From Octopus vulgaris (lineage: Eukaryota), in contig OX597824.1 in the NCBI GenBank assembly GCA_951406725.2, forward strand, positions 74,710,001 through 74,774,000: a stretch of 64,000 nucleotides of DNA, in the 5' to 3' direction. Positions 27,720 through 40,109 of the stretch are shown piece after piece. The notes under the pieces are model-generated. The model searched no databases, was not told the origin of the DNA, and saw only the letters and a program-made list of their open reading frames with translations. Position 1 is the stretch's first letter; every line of letters starts with the position of its first letter. A program made the position numbers and the translations under genes.

Positions 27720-28590
27720 TGAGGTAAGAGGTGGTGGAGGAGGAGGAGGAAAAAGAGGAAGGGTGTTGGAGTTGGAGTGGGAGAAAAAGGAAGAGGTGGA
27801 AGGGGAAATGTGGAAGAAGAGGAGCAGGAAGAGAGGGTAGCAGACAGAGGAAGTGGAAGAATGAGAAATGTAGAGGATGAGAATGAAGAGGAGTAAGGGG
27901 AGTATGACAGAAAGATGGATGAACGGGAGGAGGAATTGTGAGGAGGGGGGGCTAGGGAAGGGGGGAGGGAAAGGAGGGGAGAGTGAGGGGAGGAAGGAGG
28001 AGAGGAGGGTGAAGAGGAGGTGTGATGGGAAGAAGTGGAAGAAAGGGGAGGAGCAAAAAGGTGACGGAAAGAGTGGCGAGGGAAGAAGAGGAGGGGAGGA
28101 AGAGAGGGAGAAGAGAGAAGGGGAGGGGAAGTATGAGAGGAGTGGAGGTGTAGGAGGAAGAGGGGGAACGGAGGAGGAGAGGAGGGAGGTTGAGGGGAGG
28201 AGGAGGGTGTGGGGGGAAGAGGGGGCGGAAGGGGAGGAGGTGTGGGGGAAGAGGAGGCGGAAGGGGAGGAGGAGGTGTAGGAGGAGGTGTAGGAGGAGGA
28301 AGGGGAGCGGAGGAGAGGAAGGGGAGGGGGGGACGTATGAGAGGAGTGGAGGTGTAGGAGGAGGAAGGGGAGCGGAGGAGGAGAGAGGGATAGGATGAAG
28401 GGGGGTAGGGGAGGAAGAGGGGGGGAAGGGGAGGAGGAGGGAGGGGGAAGGGGAGGAAGAGGGGAGGGGGAGGGGAGGTGAGGTAGGGGAGGAGGAAGGG
28501 ATAAAGGAGGAAGAGTGGAGGGGAGAGGAAGGGGAGGAAGATGAAAGGCAAAAATGAGGTTGAAGGGGAGGATGAAAAGGAAGGAGGTGT
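27720..28590 (+). repeat. ~870-bp GA-rich polypurine low-complexity tract
   Basis: Almost purely G/A; source of the Pro/Ser/Leu ORFs. Confidence 0.9.
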
Positions 28591-28839
28591 CGCGAAAGGA
28601 AAAAGAAAAATTCACAGCAACAAAAATGAAACAAAAACATTAAAGCTAAAAAAAAATCACACGAAATGTAACAAAACACACCAAAAAAAAAAAAACAGAA
28701 AAGAAAATGAAATAAAAAGACAAAGACAAGCTTCACAACTGTAGCAACGGCAATCACAACAGCAGCAACCACAACAAAAACAACAAGAACAACAGCAAAG
28801 GCAAAAGCAAAAACAGCAGCAGCAGCAGCCACTACAACA

Positions 28840-29000
28840 GATGAGTCAGCTAAAGCGAAGCTGACTGACAGCAAGCCATGTTGTTTCATGTAGAAGCTAA
28901 AGTTCAAACAGCCGCGTGATGGAAATTTCCATGACGTAAGCAGACTATATAATAAATATATAAAACAAGAAGGCCAAAAACAAAATGGCTGCTGCCTCCA
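28840..29000 (+). promoter_or_regulatory. Candidate promoter/enhancer island with quasi-palindrome copy 2 (28913-28939)
   Basis: TGAGTCA (AP-1) at 28842, GGAAATTTCC + TGACGTAA, TATATAA twice, CAAAATGGCTGC (YY1-like) at 28981. Confidence 0.55.
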
Positions 29001-29145
29001 TTGTGTAGTGAGCGAAAAAGTAAAATCAAAAAGGAAAAAGAAAAAAAATCACACACTCACACACCCGTATGCAATTTTGGCTTCTAATCTTATTAATCGC
29101 TTCAAATCTCTGACGTTTTTCTTTTAGTTCTTCCTGTCTATTTGT

Positions 29146-29186
<41 letters not shown>

Positions 29187-29264
29187 CTGTTTATTGCTTT
29201 TATGATTATTATTCATTACCTTGTTGCTTATACCATCAGCACAATATCTCCTGCTCTACAAACA

Positions 29265-29880
29265 CCATCACCACCACCACCACCACCACTACCACCAGTC
29301 CACCACACCCCATCCTACTCCCTCACTAACAGTTGCCGCCGCTGCCACAGCACCCCCGCCACAACCGCCGCGGTCACCATCGCTGGCTACAATCACCCAC
29401 TTCCCCAATTCCGTCGCCGTCAGCGCCACTGCCATACCTGCCACCACCACTATGGCCATCACCGCCGCCACTGCTACCATCACCACTACTACCACCACCA
29501 CTGCACCCGCCGCCACTTCCCCCCCTCCAACGACAAGAGTGCCCTCCGCACCTCAACGAAAACCCATTACCACCGCCTTAACCTTCCCCACCAACGCTAC
29601 AACGACCACTACAATCACCCCCGCTTGTCCTTCCTGCGACCACCACCACTACCGCCACCATCAACACCGTCACCGCCGCCGCCACCACCACCAGCAGCAC
29701 CACCACTTCGACCATCACCCTTACCCTTTAGCAACTCCGCGGGTACCACCATCATCACTACGCCCAGCAACGCCACCTCTGTCATGAAAACCACCACCAA
29801 CATCACAATTTCTACCACCACCACCATTACTCACTCCAGAACCACCACCACCACTACCGCCACCGCAACCCCGCATTTTG
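29265..29880. repeat. (CCA/CCG)n low-complexity tract
   Basis: Direct reading. Confidence 0.9.
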
Positions 29881-29940
29881 CTACCCCTTTCCATCAGACT
29901 AAAGAATTTAATCTGACACTTCTTTTCTTCTCTAATAACA

Positions 29941-30040
29941 NNNNNNNNNNNNNNNNNNNNNNNNNNNNNNNNNNNNNNNNNNNNNNNNNNNNNNNNNNNN
30001 NNNNNNNNNNNNNNNNNNNNNNNNNNNNNNNNNNNNNNNN
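29941..30040. other. Assembly gap (100 N)
   Basis: N run. Confidence 1.
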
Positions 30041-30472
30041 TGGCGGATTTGTGTGGGAAGCCCATCGCGCGCATGCGGGCGCGCGCACACACATGTATGT
30101 ATATGTATGTATATCTTACCTTTTATCTATTTCAGTCATTAAACTGCGGCGCCATGCTGGAGCACCACTTTGAATTTTTTGCCGAATGAATCCACCCCAG
30201 TGCTTGTTTTTTTAAGCCTGGTACTTATTCTATCGGTCTCTTTTGCCGAAACGCTAACTTATGGGGACGTAAACACACCAATACCGACGTTGTCAAGGGG
30301 TAATGGGAGTACAAACGCTGACACACATAGCCATATATACATATATATATATATAAGACGGGCTTATATTCTCAAGTAGAAGACACTTGCCCAAGGTGCC
30401 ACGCAGTGGAGCCGAGCCCGGAACCACGTGGTTGGGAAGCAAGCTTCTTACCATACAGCCGAGTGTACGCTA

Positions 30473-30542
<70 letters not shown>

Positions 30543-31583
30543 AAGTAGGTGAATGAATTATCCTATGTTTATCGTCAGCATGGAAAATTCGTTTAACCGA
30601 AACCTGGGTCGCAAATTCACGTCAGAAAACACGGTTGAAGCGACCTGTCAAGGGTAGAAATTCCGGGTTCCTGTGTAGAAATTTGTGTGTTGTATATGAA
30701 TGAATGAAAGAATGGAGTCGAACGAAGATGTTAACAAAATTTCTTTACTCTCGACATATGTTTCGAAGACAGCATATTTTTATTCCTTCGAATAAAAATA
30801 TGCTGTCTGAAACATATGTTTCCAAACCACTATTACGAGGATAAAAACTCGAAGGGAATGAAAAATAAAAACATTTACCATCTCCTGGATCATGGTTTCT
30901 GACTTATTTTAGCAAATAAATAAGTTGCATAGGCGAAGTCTTCATCAACAGGTACGCCTAGATTAAACATACAAGTACGAGGCAAATCCAGCATGTGCCT
31001 CTTGCTTATACTTTATAATTTTCCAGAAAAAAAATTATCAATAATTAATAATATCAGGTTGATAAAGATCTTAGAAACAACTGCGCTTGCGCGGTGTATT
31101 TGAAAAATTATAAAGTATAAGCAAGAGGCACATGCTGGATTTGCCTCGTACTTGTATGTTTAATCTAGGCGTACCTGTTGATGAAGACTTCGCCTAGCAA
31201 CTTATTTATTTGCTAAAATAAGTCAGAAACCATGATCCAGGAGATGGTAAATGTTTTTATTTTTCATTCCCTTCGAGTTTTTATCCGTAATAGTGGTTTG
31301 GAAACATATGTTTCGAAGACAGCATATTTTTATTCCGAAGGAATAAAAATATGCTGTCTTCGAAACATATGTCGAGAGTAAAGAAATTTTGTTAACATCT
31401 TCGTTCGACTCCATTCTTTCATTCATTCATATACAACACACAAATTTCTACACAGGAACCCGGAATTTCTACCCTTGACAGGTCGCTTCAACCGTGTTTT
31501 CTGACGTGAATTTGCGACCCAGGTTTCGGTTAAACGAATTTTCCATGCTGACGATAAACATAGGATAATTCATTCACCTACTT

Positions 31584-31653
<70 letters not shown>

Positions 31654-32081
31654 TAGCGTACACTCGGCTGTATGGTAAGAAGCTTGCTTCCCAACCACGT
31701 GGTTCCGGGCTCGGTCCCACTGCGTGGCACCTTGGGCAAGTGTCTTCTACTTGAGAATATAAGCCCGTCTTATATATATATATATGTATATATGGCTATG
31801 TGTGTCAGCGTTTGTACTCCCATTACCCCTTGACAACCGGTATTGGTGTGTTTACGTCCCCATAAGTTAGCGTTTCGGCAAAAGAGACCGATAGAATAAG
31901 TACCAGGCTTAAAAAAACAAGCACTGGGGTGGATTCATTCGGCAAAAAATTCAAAGTGGTGCTCCAGCATGGCGCCGCAGTTTAATGACTGAAATAGATA
32001 AAAGGTAAGATATACATACATATACATACATGTGTGTGTGCGCGCCTGCACGCGCGATGGGCTTCCACACAAATTCCGCCA
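30041..32081. repeat. Long inverted repeat, arms 30041-31025 and 31101-32081, each containing a SINE B copy
   Basis: Arms are reverse complements with only scattered small differences; 75-nt spacer. Confidence 0.95.
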
Positions 32082-33295
32082 TCAAATTCACTCAGAAGGC
32101 TTTAATAAGCCTAGGGTTATAGAATACACTTGTTCAATATGCTGCGAAGTAGGACTGAACCCGAAGATATGTGGCAGGAAAATGTGCTTCTTGTTAAACA
32201 TACACCCATGGCTTTACTCTGGCTTAATGTTCTATATTTCTCGGCATCTCAATAAGACATTCTCTTGCATTTGAGGGTTGTATCCGTTTTCGTCGGTAAC
32301 ATAAATCTCAGACATAATTCAGTCTTTGTACAAACAGACTCGATCGACATTTTCTCGAAATCATGAGCCTTCATTTCCTTGACAATCCGTTCTGAAACAA
32401 CAAATCTAATCACAAGAGGCCTTTTTGAGTCTTGACGTTTTAGTGAAAACAAAGTATTGCCTTTTAAGATCTGTGAAGTGCCTCTTAACGTGATCAACAT
32501 GCTTTACGAATAAGAGTGTTTTGCTTCTAAAATGGTGCTGTAATTAGTTTGACGTCATTTCTCGTTTCACAGTTTCCTCCCACAAACGAGACACTCAAAG
32601 TTAAAAGATTTCTTTATTGTTCACATCAAATGAAACCGAGTGATAGCTAAGATTTAAAATACAGCCTACTCAAAGGCCTTACAGCTGTGACCATCCCGTT
32701 CATTTTTATTTTTATTTTGAAGGCATAGCATATCTAGAACCATATCACATGTACCTTTCACTTTTCAAAACGATTTGAAAGAAAATTAACAGTTATTTCA
32801 AGTTGTTTGTGAGACCACATAGACTGGTATATTCTTGTGTAAACTTTTGAGCTCTGTAGCCCAATGATTGGTCTATTATTATTTATTTCAATCAAGTTTA
32901 CTCTTTACTATCCAAAAATAGCAATGGTATATACATTAAGAGTTCATTCTTGCATTGCTAAAACATTTATTGGGTTTCAAAGATAATTTAAATTATCCTA
33001 CCAATAATTCTGGATACCATTAGTATATGGCACAGGCGATTTCCTCTATTTCCTAAGAGAATTTTGAATATAAATATTAATATTTCTAAGTCTCTCTGAA
33101 GGAGACTACGGCAGCGGTACTGGATATTAATAGTTATCGCCAAGCTAATATGGCAGTCCAGAAATATAGGACGAATGTTGCCGTTGATTAGCTCCAAGAG
33201 GCCATCGCCTCTAGCTAGCTATGTGACACACGAACCTGTGTCCATTATAACCTTTGAACAGTGGAGGTCAGCCGCTTCCCCTTGCTGGTCAGGCA

Positions 33296-33338
33296 TCTGC
33301 AGACTAGTTTCAGGGTATTTGCCATTTATCAATGCAGA
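33296..33338 (-). ncRNA. Minimal type I hammerhead-like motif, U3-A8 variant
   Basis: UCUGCA-UUGAUAA-AUGG CAAAUA CCCU-GAAA-CUAG-UC-UGCAGA; perfect 6-bp stem I, palindromic stem III. Confidence 0.6.
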
Positions 33339-33899
33339 GCAGCCGAACCCAGCAGGCGTCGCTACTGACCTTCGATGGATTATTTACCTAAATTCAGTGG
33401 AATACATCCACTGGTTTTCAAAAATAGAAATATTAATATTAATGAAATTAAGACTGTAATAGCCATCTCTATATCATACTTAACGTATTTGCATCGTTAT
33501 AATCGTAAAATCTTTAAAACTTACTCTTCATTTTAGCCAGTCTATCCATCCATATCAGCATTAATTTTGCCACATCCTTCTCCTATGTAGTTACCCAGAA
33601 ATTTCTTTGTAATTTCTCAGCAACGCTAATTTTTCATACAAAAAAACTGGTATTGTTTTTTTTGCTTTTTTTAACATATGCTAACCCAGAACTTTTTCAA
33701 TTTATAAGTTATAAGTAACTTTTGTATTGTTTTTCTTCTCCGAAAAGTCAACACAGTTATTTTTTTAAAGTCCTCCGCAGGCATACTATAATCACAGGTA
33801 TGGCTGTTGGTTAAAAAATTCTCTTTGCAACCACATGATTTCAGGTTCAAATTCATTGCACTCTATCTTGGACAAGTGTCCAAAGTTGGTGCTTTGGTA

Positions 33900-34500
33900 T
33901 TCTTTTATATGTGGCAGCCCAGAAGTTTCTTTGCAATTTATGAATTATAATCTCTGTCCATAGTAGCATTGATACACTGATAATTTTTTCCTCTTACTGT
34001 AGACTTGAAGTTTTGTTGCTGTCTAGGCTATGTTTCTTCTTTCTTTTCCATTTCACTCCTAGCAACCCAGAATTTCTCTGGAACTGATCAGCTATATTTT
34101 CCATTCATAGCAAATTTGCCCCGTGGTTTACTCCTTCATACATGATAGCCTAGAATTCTGCTGCAACCTATAAACTATACTCTCCATCTTTAACAAAGTC
34201 TTTGTTGTGGTCTTGCCAGTCATTCATAGCAGCCCAGAATTGCCTCTACGTCTTATCAACCACGCTGTCCAACCATAACACAGCAAGTTGATGTTGTGGG
34301 TTTGCTCCTCACTCACAGCAGCCCGGATTTTCCTCTACAACTTATGAACTGTTCTGTGTCTACACATAAAGTTTTTGTTGTGGGTTTCCCCGTCAAATAT
34401 GATATCCCAGACTTCCTCTGCAACTTATAAACTATACAGTCCACTTAAAGCAAAGTAGGTATTATAGTTTTCTCTTCACATATGGTAGCTTAGAACAGCG
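33900..34500. repeat. Highly diverged minisatellite, period ~83-89 bp
   Basis: Recurrent ATAGCAGCCCAGAATT...CTGCAACTTATAAACT variants near 34060, 34142, 34226, 34315, 34399 and 34481. Confidence 0.7.
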
Positions 34501-34520
34501 ATTCCCAAACTAATTTGATT

Positions 34521-34889
34521 ACGTACTTGTACTTATAGCGACATTCACCCTGGGCGGGTTGAGTCGGTTTCTTCTACTCATGGAAGAAGTTTCGTGGGAA
34601 TATGTGGATTTCACAAGCGGTCCCCAACAATCCCGCATGTGGAGACATCTTGTTTGCCGCACATTGTCCGCAGACGCAGGGACAGAACGACCGAGGAGCC
34701 GCCGGTTGCCGAAGCAGACACTCTGAGGATTTTCACCAGAGTCCCGTCTGCCGGGTTGTGACCCTAATACCACTCGGTGTCTGACCAATCCGCCTTGGGT
34801 GGCCCTGCCAGGAACCGAAGTTCCCGATGGCATAGCTCTGACACTACTTGTTGCCAGCGTCCCCACCACAGTGAGGAGGGGATGGACTT
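34521..34889 (-). mobile_element. 5'-truncated LINE (probably RTE-like) 3' end with 10-bp TSD
   Basis: TSD TAATTTGATT at 34511 and 34890; (AAGTAC) tail; decayed CxxC-like remnant; empty paralogous site at 36608-36704. Confidence 0.75.
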
Positions 34890-36491
34890 TAATTTGATTG
34901 CAGAAGTATTATACGATTTTCAAGGCAAAAACCATGTAACCTGTACTTATATATTACAGAAAACGCCTAATTTCCTAATGTTAATATCATATTAAATGAA
35001 ACAAAAATTGTTTTAAAGACAACTAATTTATTCATAATTAAAAAATCCCATATAATTCATTATTTTTGACATGTATGAATATTTTATTTTATAAAATAAA
35101 TTAACAGGTGTTGGTTTGTTTACGTCGCCGTAACTTTAAGGTTTCAACAAAAGAAACCGGTAGAATAAGTATAAAGCTTTAAAAATAAGTACTGGCGTCG
35201 ATCTATCTGACTAAAGCCCTTCAAGGCGGTGACCCAGTATGGCTGCTGTCCAGTGACTGAAACCAGTAAAAGATAAAAAGATTGCGAGCTCATCTCTTCA
35301 TCTCCCCACTGCATCAGTAATAATACTAACTTTTAACTCGATTAAAATTTCATAGTTATCCCCTTTTAACATTGACCAGATTTCATTGATATTTGTCATT
35401 AGTCTCTTGATATCTCTGACTTCAAGGTAAGTGTAATTAGGATTAATTTAATTTGGTTTGCTTTCTAGATTAAACATGTTAGCATTCATTCAGCTATTGT
35501 GTTTCAAGCCAATCGCGTCCCTAGGAAATTAATCATCCCTCCTCCATCCATTTGACGACTTCGTTTTATTGTTTTCGTGGAAGGGATCAATCATTTAGGT
35601 AGTTGATTAGTAGAGTTGGTAGAGTGCTCGAAAAGATTGTAGTTTGCTTTGCAGTAATCATTCCAGCTCTCTATGCTCTGAGGTCAAATCCAGCCGAGGT
35701 TAACTTTGCATGTGATCATTTGAAGGTCGATGAATAAAGAACCAGTCTCACACATTGGTCGAGTCTTCTTATCACCTTACTCTGTCTTTCCAAATTTCTC
35801 TGTTTTGGAAGAGTCGGCAATGGCCAGATACAGAGAGGGATGGGTTCCGCTGGCTCTGTAAGTCTCCAAGACACTCCATATGTCTTGACGGCATCCCTAC
35901 GATTCCACCAAGGAGCTAAAGACCCAGGGCAAGACATGGGACCCTTTTACAAGGGCTTCAATAAACAAAAGGTTGCTACTTCTTTTGTAACACTAGGGCG
36001 TTGAATTGTCTAATAATCTTTTCTTATTGTATAGTTTACCCAACTGCACTTCTTATAGATTTCTAATTCCTTAACTATTAATAGTTTGCAGACTATAGTT
36101 TTTCCTGGTGTTTCAAAATTTTAAATTGCTCTGTCACATTTTCATATTCAGTTCCTACCATTGCATATTGCATTTGATGTCGTTGCAATCAGCTGTCTAA
36201 AAAGAAAGACAGAAAAAAAAAACTATTATTTTCTAGCGCACTACTCATACTACTATGACAATAATTGCAGCTGCAATAATGGTTTCAAATTTTGGTGCAA
36301 GACCAGCAATTTCGGAGGAGGGGTAAGTCGATTAAATCAACCCCAATGCTCCACAGTCGCTTATTTTGCCGAACCCAAAAGGATGAAAGGCAAAGTCGAC
36401 CTCGGCGGAATTTCAACGGAGAACGTAAAGACGGGCGAAATTCCTGTCAACGAGGCGCTCAGTTTACACAGTATCAAAGTACGATAACCCG

Positions 36492-36597
36492 TCGATGTTT
36501 TTATAATCGATGGGTTATAAAGACATCGATAACCCATCGATGTGTTTATAACCATCGATTATAAAAACATCGATTGTTATAATCGATGTCTTTATAA
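36492..36597. repeat. ATCGAT-rich nested palindrome / hairpin
   Basis: ~37-bp near-perfect inverted arms within 36492-36573. Confidence 0.85.
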
Positions 36598-37009
36598 TAG
36601 GCATCAATTATAGTTTTCTCTTCACATATGGTAGCTTAGAACAGCGATTTTCAAATTAATTTGATTGCAGAAGTATTACACGATTTTCAAGACAAAAACC
36701 ATGTGCTTATTATTATAGTTGCGCAGATTTCCCCATTTCATACTTTTCATAGAAGCTATAAAATAAGGTGCGTGGTTCCAGAGAATAATATATCGCAGGG
36801 AGGAAAGTAAATCTTCATGGAAGTGTAGGCTGGTGCTGAGAGAGTATCTATGTCTGTTAACAACTACTGTTAACAATCATAGAAAAACTGCGGCCCGCAT
36901 GACATTCTGTGTGGTACAACAACGAAAAATTACTTTGAATTTTTTTCGCAGCGCGGCCCACCTGATGATGATCCATGCCTCATGTAGCCTGTTTCTTAGA
37001 AAAGGTTGC

Positions 37010-37154
37010 CTACGCCATTTTTCGGTGTATTTCAACCAGAAAAATGTTCACTTAAAGAGAATAACAAGCTACATAATGCAAAATTTTTACTTTTCAAAAA
37101 CTCCAATTCTAAAGGGTCGAAACAAACCCGAGCAACGCCGGGCGATACTGCTAG
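37010..37154 (+). mobile_element. Helitron 3' fragment
   Basis: Reverse complement of the ~4837-4965 part of the first Helitron; hairpin + CTAG end. Confidence 0.75.
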
Positions 37155-37478
37155 TTTGAGGATAAAAAAAGTACGTCTTATACACCTTCATATACGGTAG
37201 TTATACCTATTTTAGAAATGACTTGATGTATTAGTGTTGAAATTGAAACTATTACGTCACAGAAGTGTCAGTTTAGCCATTTGAGGATACGTGGAAACTT
37301 TTACATTAACTTTTGTTTATTTAATAGAAATGTCAAAACGTTTCATCACACTTCTGTAACCTTTTCACTGCCACAGTTCCACGGCATTAAGATCTTGAAA
37401 GTATTTTTGTATTCTGATATGCTTGCTGACCTATACACTAGTTATTACAAATAATATAGTTTGGAAACAATATATGAG

Positions 37479-37524
<46 letters not shown>

Positions 37525-37605
37525 CAGAGGGAGAAGAGACAAAGATAGATGTGGTGTGTGTGCGTGTTTGAGTGTGTGTGTGTGTATTTGCGCGCGTGCT
37601 CACGC

Positions 37606-37735
<130 letters not shown>

Positions 37736-37760
37736 GTGTGTATGTGTGTGTGTGTGTGTG

Positions 37761-38098
37761 TGAAGGCGCATGGCTCAGTGGTTAGAGCGTCGAGCTTACG
37801 ATCGTGAGGTTGTCAGCTCGAATCCCGGACCGGGCAGCGTGTTGTGTTCTTGAACAAAACACTTTATTTCACGTTGCTCCAGTTCACTCAGCTGTAGAAA
37901 TGAGTTGCGATGTCACAGGTGCCAAGCTGTATCGGCCTTTGCCTTTCCCTTGGAAGACACTGGTGGCGTGGAGAGGGGAGGCCGGTATGCGTGGGCGACT
38001 GTTGGTCTTCCATAAACAATCTTGCCCAGATTCGTGCCTGGGAGGGTAACTTTCTAGGTGCAAGCCCATGGTCAGTGTCATGACCGAAGGGGGTCACG
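37761..38098 (+). mobile_element. tRNA(Arg)-like SINE family A, full length
   Basis: TGGCTCAGTGG A-box, ACG anticodon-like loop, CTCGAATCC B-box, CORE-like segment. Confidence 0.9.
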
Positions 38099-38103
38099 AT
38101 ATA

Positions 38104-38182
<79 letters not shown>

Positions 38183-38702
38183 ACACATTTTACTGAAATT
38201 TAATACAGTTTCTTAGACTTGCTGTGATAAGTTTACTAGATTTTTGTATGATCCTAATATATTTCTTTTCTTTTTCAATACGTTCTGGCAGATTCGAACG
38301 TTAGTAACTGATTACTATTGTTTTTCGCCACCGGAGAATACCTCCTCCCTTTAGGCAATGTATGTTTATAACTCATGCGATTTATTGATACAGGGGTATT
38401 TCGAGATACTGTGGTGTTTCGACCGCATTGTATGTATCATCGGTCCAAACTGCCCTACTGGAAAAAGAATTTTTTTAATTGTGAATTCAGGAAGCCTTAT
38501 TGATAGCTGCGTTCTAAGAATTCTTCATGACACTCAATACTGCCGTACATCCTTCTCTTCTTGGAGTATATAGTCGCTGGATACCTGACATTGTGTAATA
38601 TGTGACCTTGCTTTAGGAAGATTCCTATTGCTACGAACTCTAAATTCTACATCCGTTATGTTCCATTATATCCTGTACTCTACTATATATTAAAGGTGGC
38701 AC

Positions 38703-38744
<42 letters not shown>

Positions 38745-40109
38745 TAATATTGGTAAATTTTAAAATCTAAATTAGTTTTTAGAATTCAATGATCGCCGAA
38801 ATATCCATAAATCGATCATATTCACAACACAGTTTAGTGTCTGGTTCACAAATCTACTATATTCTCTCTGCTTTTTCTACGACTACCGTAATGGTCTATT
38901 TCTCGGAGCTGGCTGGTTTTGCATCTCCTTCACTCAGATCCTCCCGAACTACTCACCACCCCTTCTCTCGTAGCTACCACCACCACCACCAGGTTTTGCA
39001 CTGACCACTAAGCTCAACTGTTTCTTCCTAGAACATCGGCCTTCAGACTCTCTTCTCTGCCTCATGTCTTTTCATTGCAGTATTTTAAACGGAACACTAA
39101 CAGCATCAGTTTCATTGATTTCGGGGAACGGGATCCTGAAAAGGTGATACGTGCTGCCTCTTTCTACAGACCCGGCATGTAAAAAGCAAATACAAAAATT
39201 CATTTAGGTTCAAATATCAACAAAATTAAGAAAAAACCCAACATCTCCTCCTTGTAAAACCCCAAATTTTCTTACCGAGTTGCAAGCCTGTCTCGTTTCA
39301 TTATTGCATTTTAAAATGTTTTTCCTCCAATCTCAATGATATTCTAATACGATTATTGAACTATTTAACTGAAGAAACTCAAGCCGAGGGGTACTTGTAG
39401 TATATAATTCTGGGTCTTCCATAACAAGGAGAGGGTAAATGTGTCTTAGCGCCCTTCTTTCTTTGTAGTACCCTAAATCTGAAATCCTTTTTTCATTGTA
39501 GTGCCTTAAAACTTAACATCCTTCATTCTTTCGTCGTACCATAAACCTTAGCTCCTATCAAATTTTTAGGCCTCCAGAATTTTAATGTGTCCGTTACCTT
39601 CTTGTAGCCATTTCAAGCATGATACATTCTTCTTGTTTATTTTCACAGCATCAATTGCCATCTATACTATAATAAAGAAAGCTGCTTATTAATTATTTGG
39701 GATCATGCAACTATTACTAAAAGAAAGCAATTATTAAAGTGTAGACTATCTAGAAAATTTTTATAAATTCCAGTTATAATAGATTTTTTATCATAATGTG
39801 GTTTTTAAATTTCTATTATTACTGACTATTTCAAGTACACGCTTCAATCGCAAATCTAACGCTTTTTAAAAAAATAATATCTGTGTATACATCTAGAAAT
39901 ATAAAGGTTACCCAAATATTTACAATGCTATTTTCTATAAATTGTAAGTCTTATCCACCTTCAGCTAAATAATGTATGCTTTCAGCTTCAGCTAAAAAAT
40001 AGTGTTTTCATATTTTCTTGAGTGTCATTGAAGAGAGCTGAATAAGAAAACTGGCTTTATTTACGTCAGTTGGGCATACCTACACAATTATACCCCTATC
40101 CCCGATTTT

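Noticed and set aside
33900-34500. ~84-bp period suggesting a decayed C2H2 zinc-finger array
   Set aside because: The unit translated by hand showed no CxxC...HxxxH pattern or clear TGEKP linker; kept as a minisatellite.
37325-37375. Another possible hammerhead (GAAACGUU on the minus strand)
   Set aside because: Core reads GUGAAAA rather than CUGANGA; too degenerate to support.
37761-37832. Functional tRNA genes at SINE heads
   Set aside because: No acceptor stem or terminator; each continues into a SINE body.
38350-38700. Possible decayed Penelope RT fragment; likewise a possible RTE fragment at 54880-55130
   Set aside because: Only faint motif echoes with stops and frameshifts; needs a profile search.
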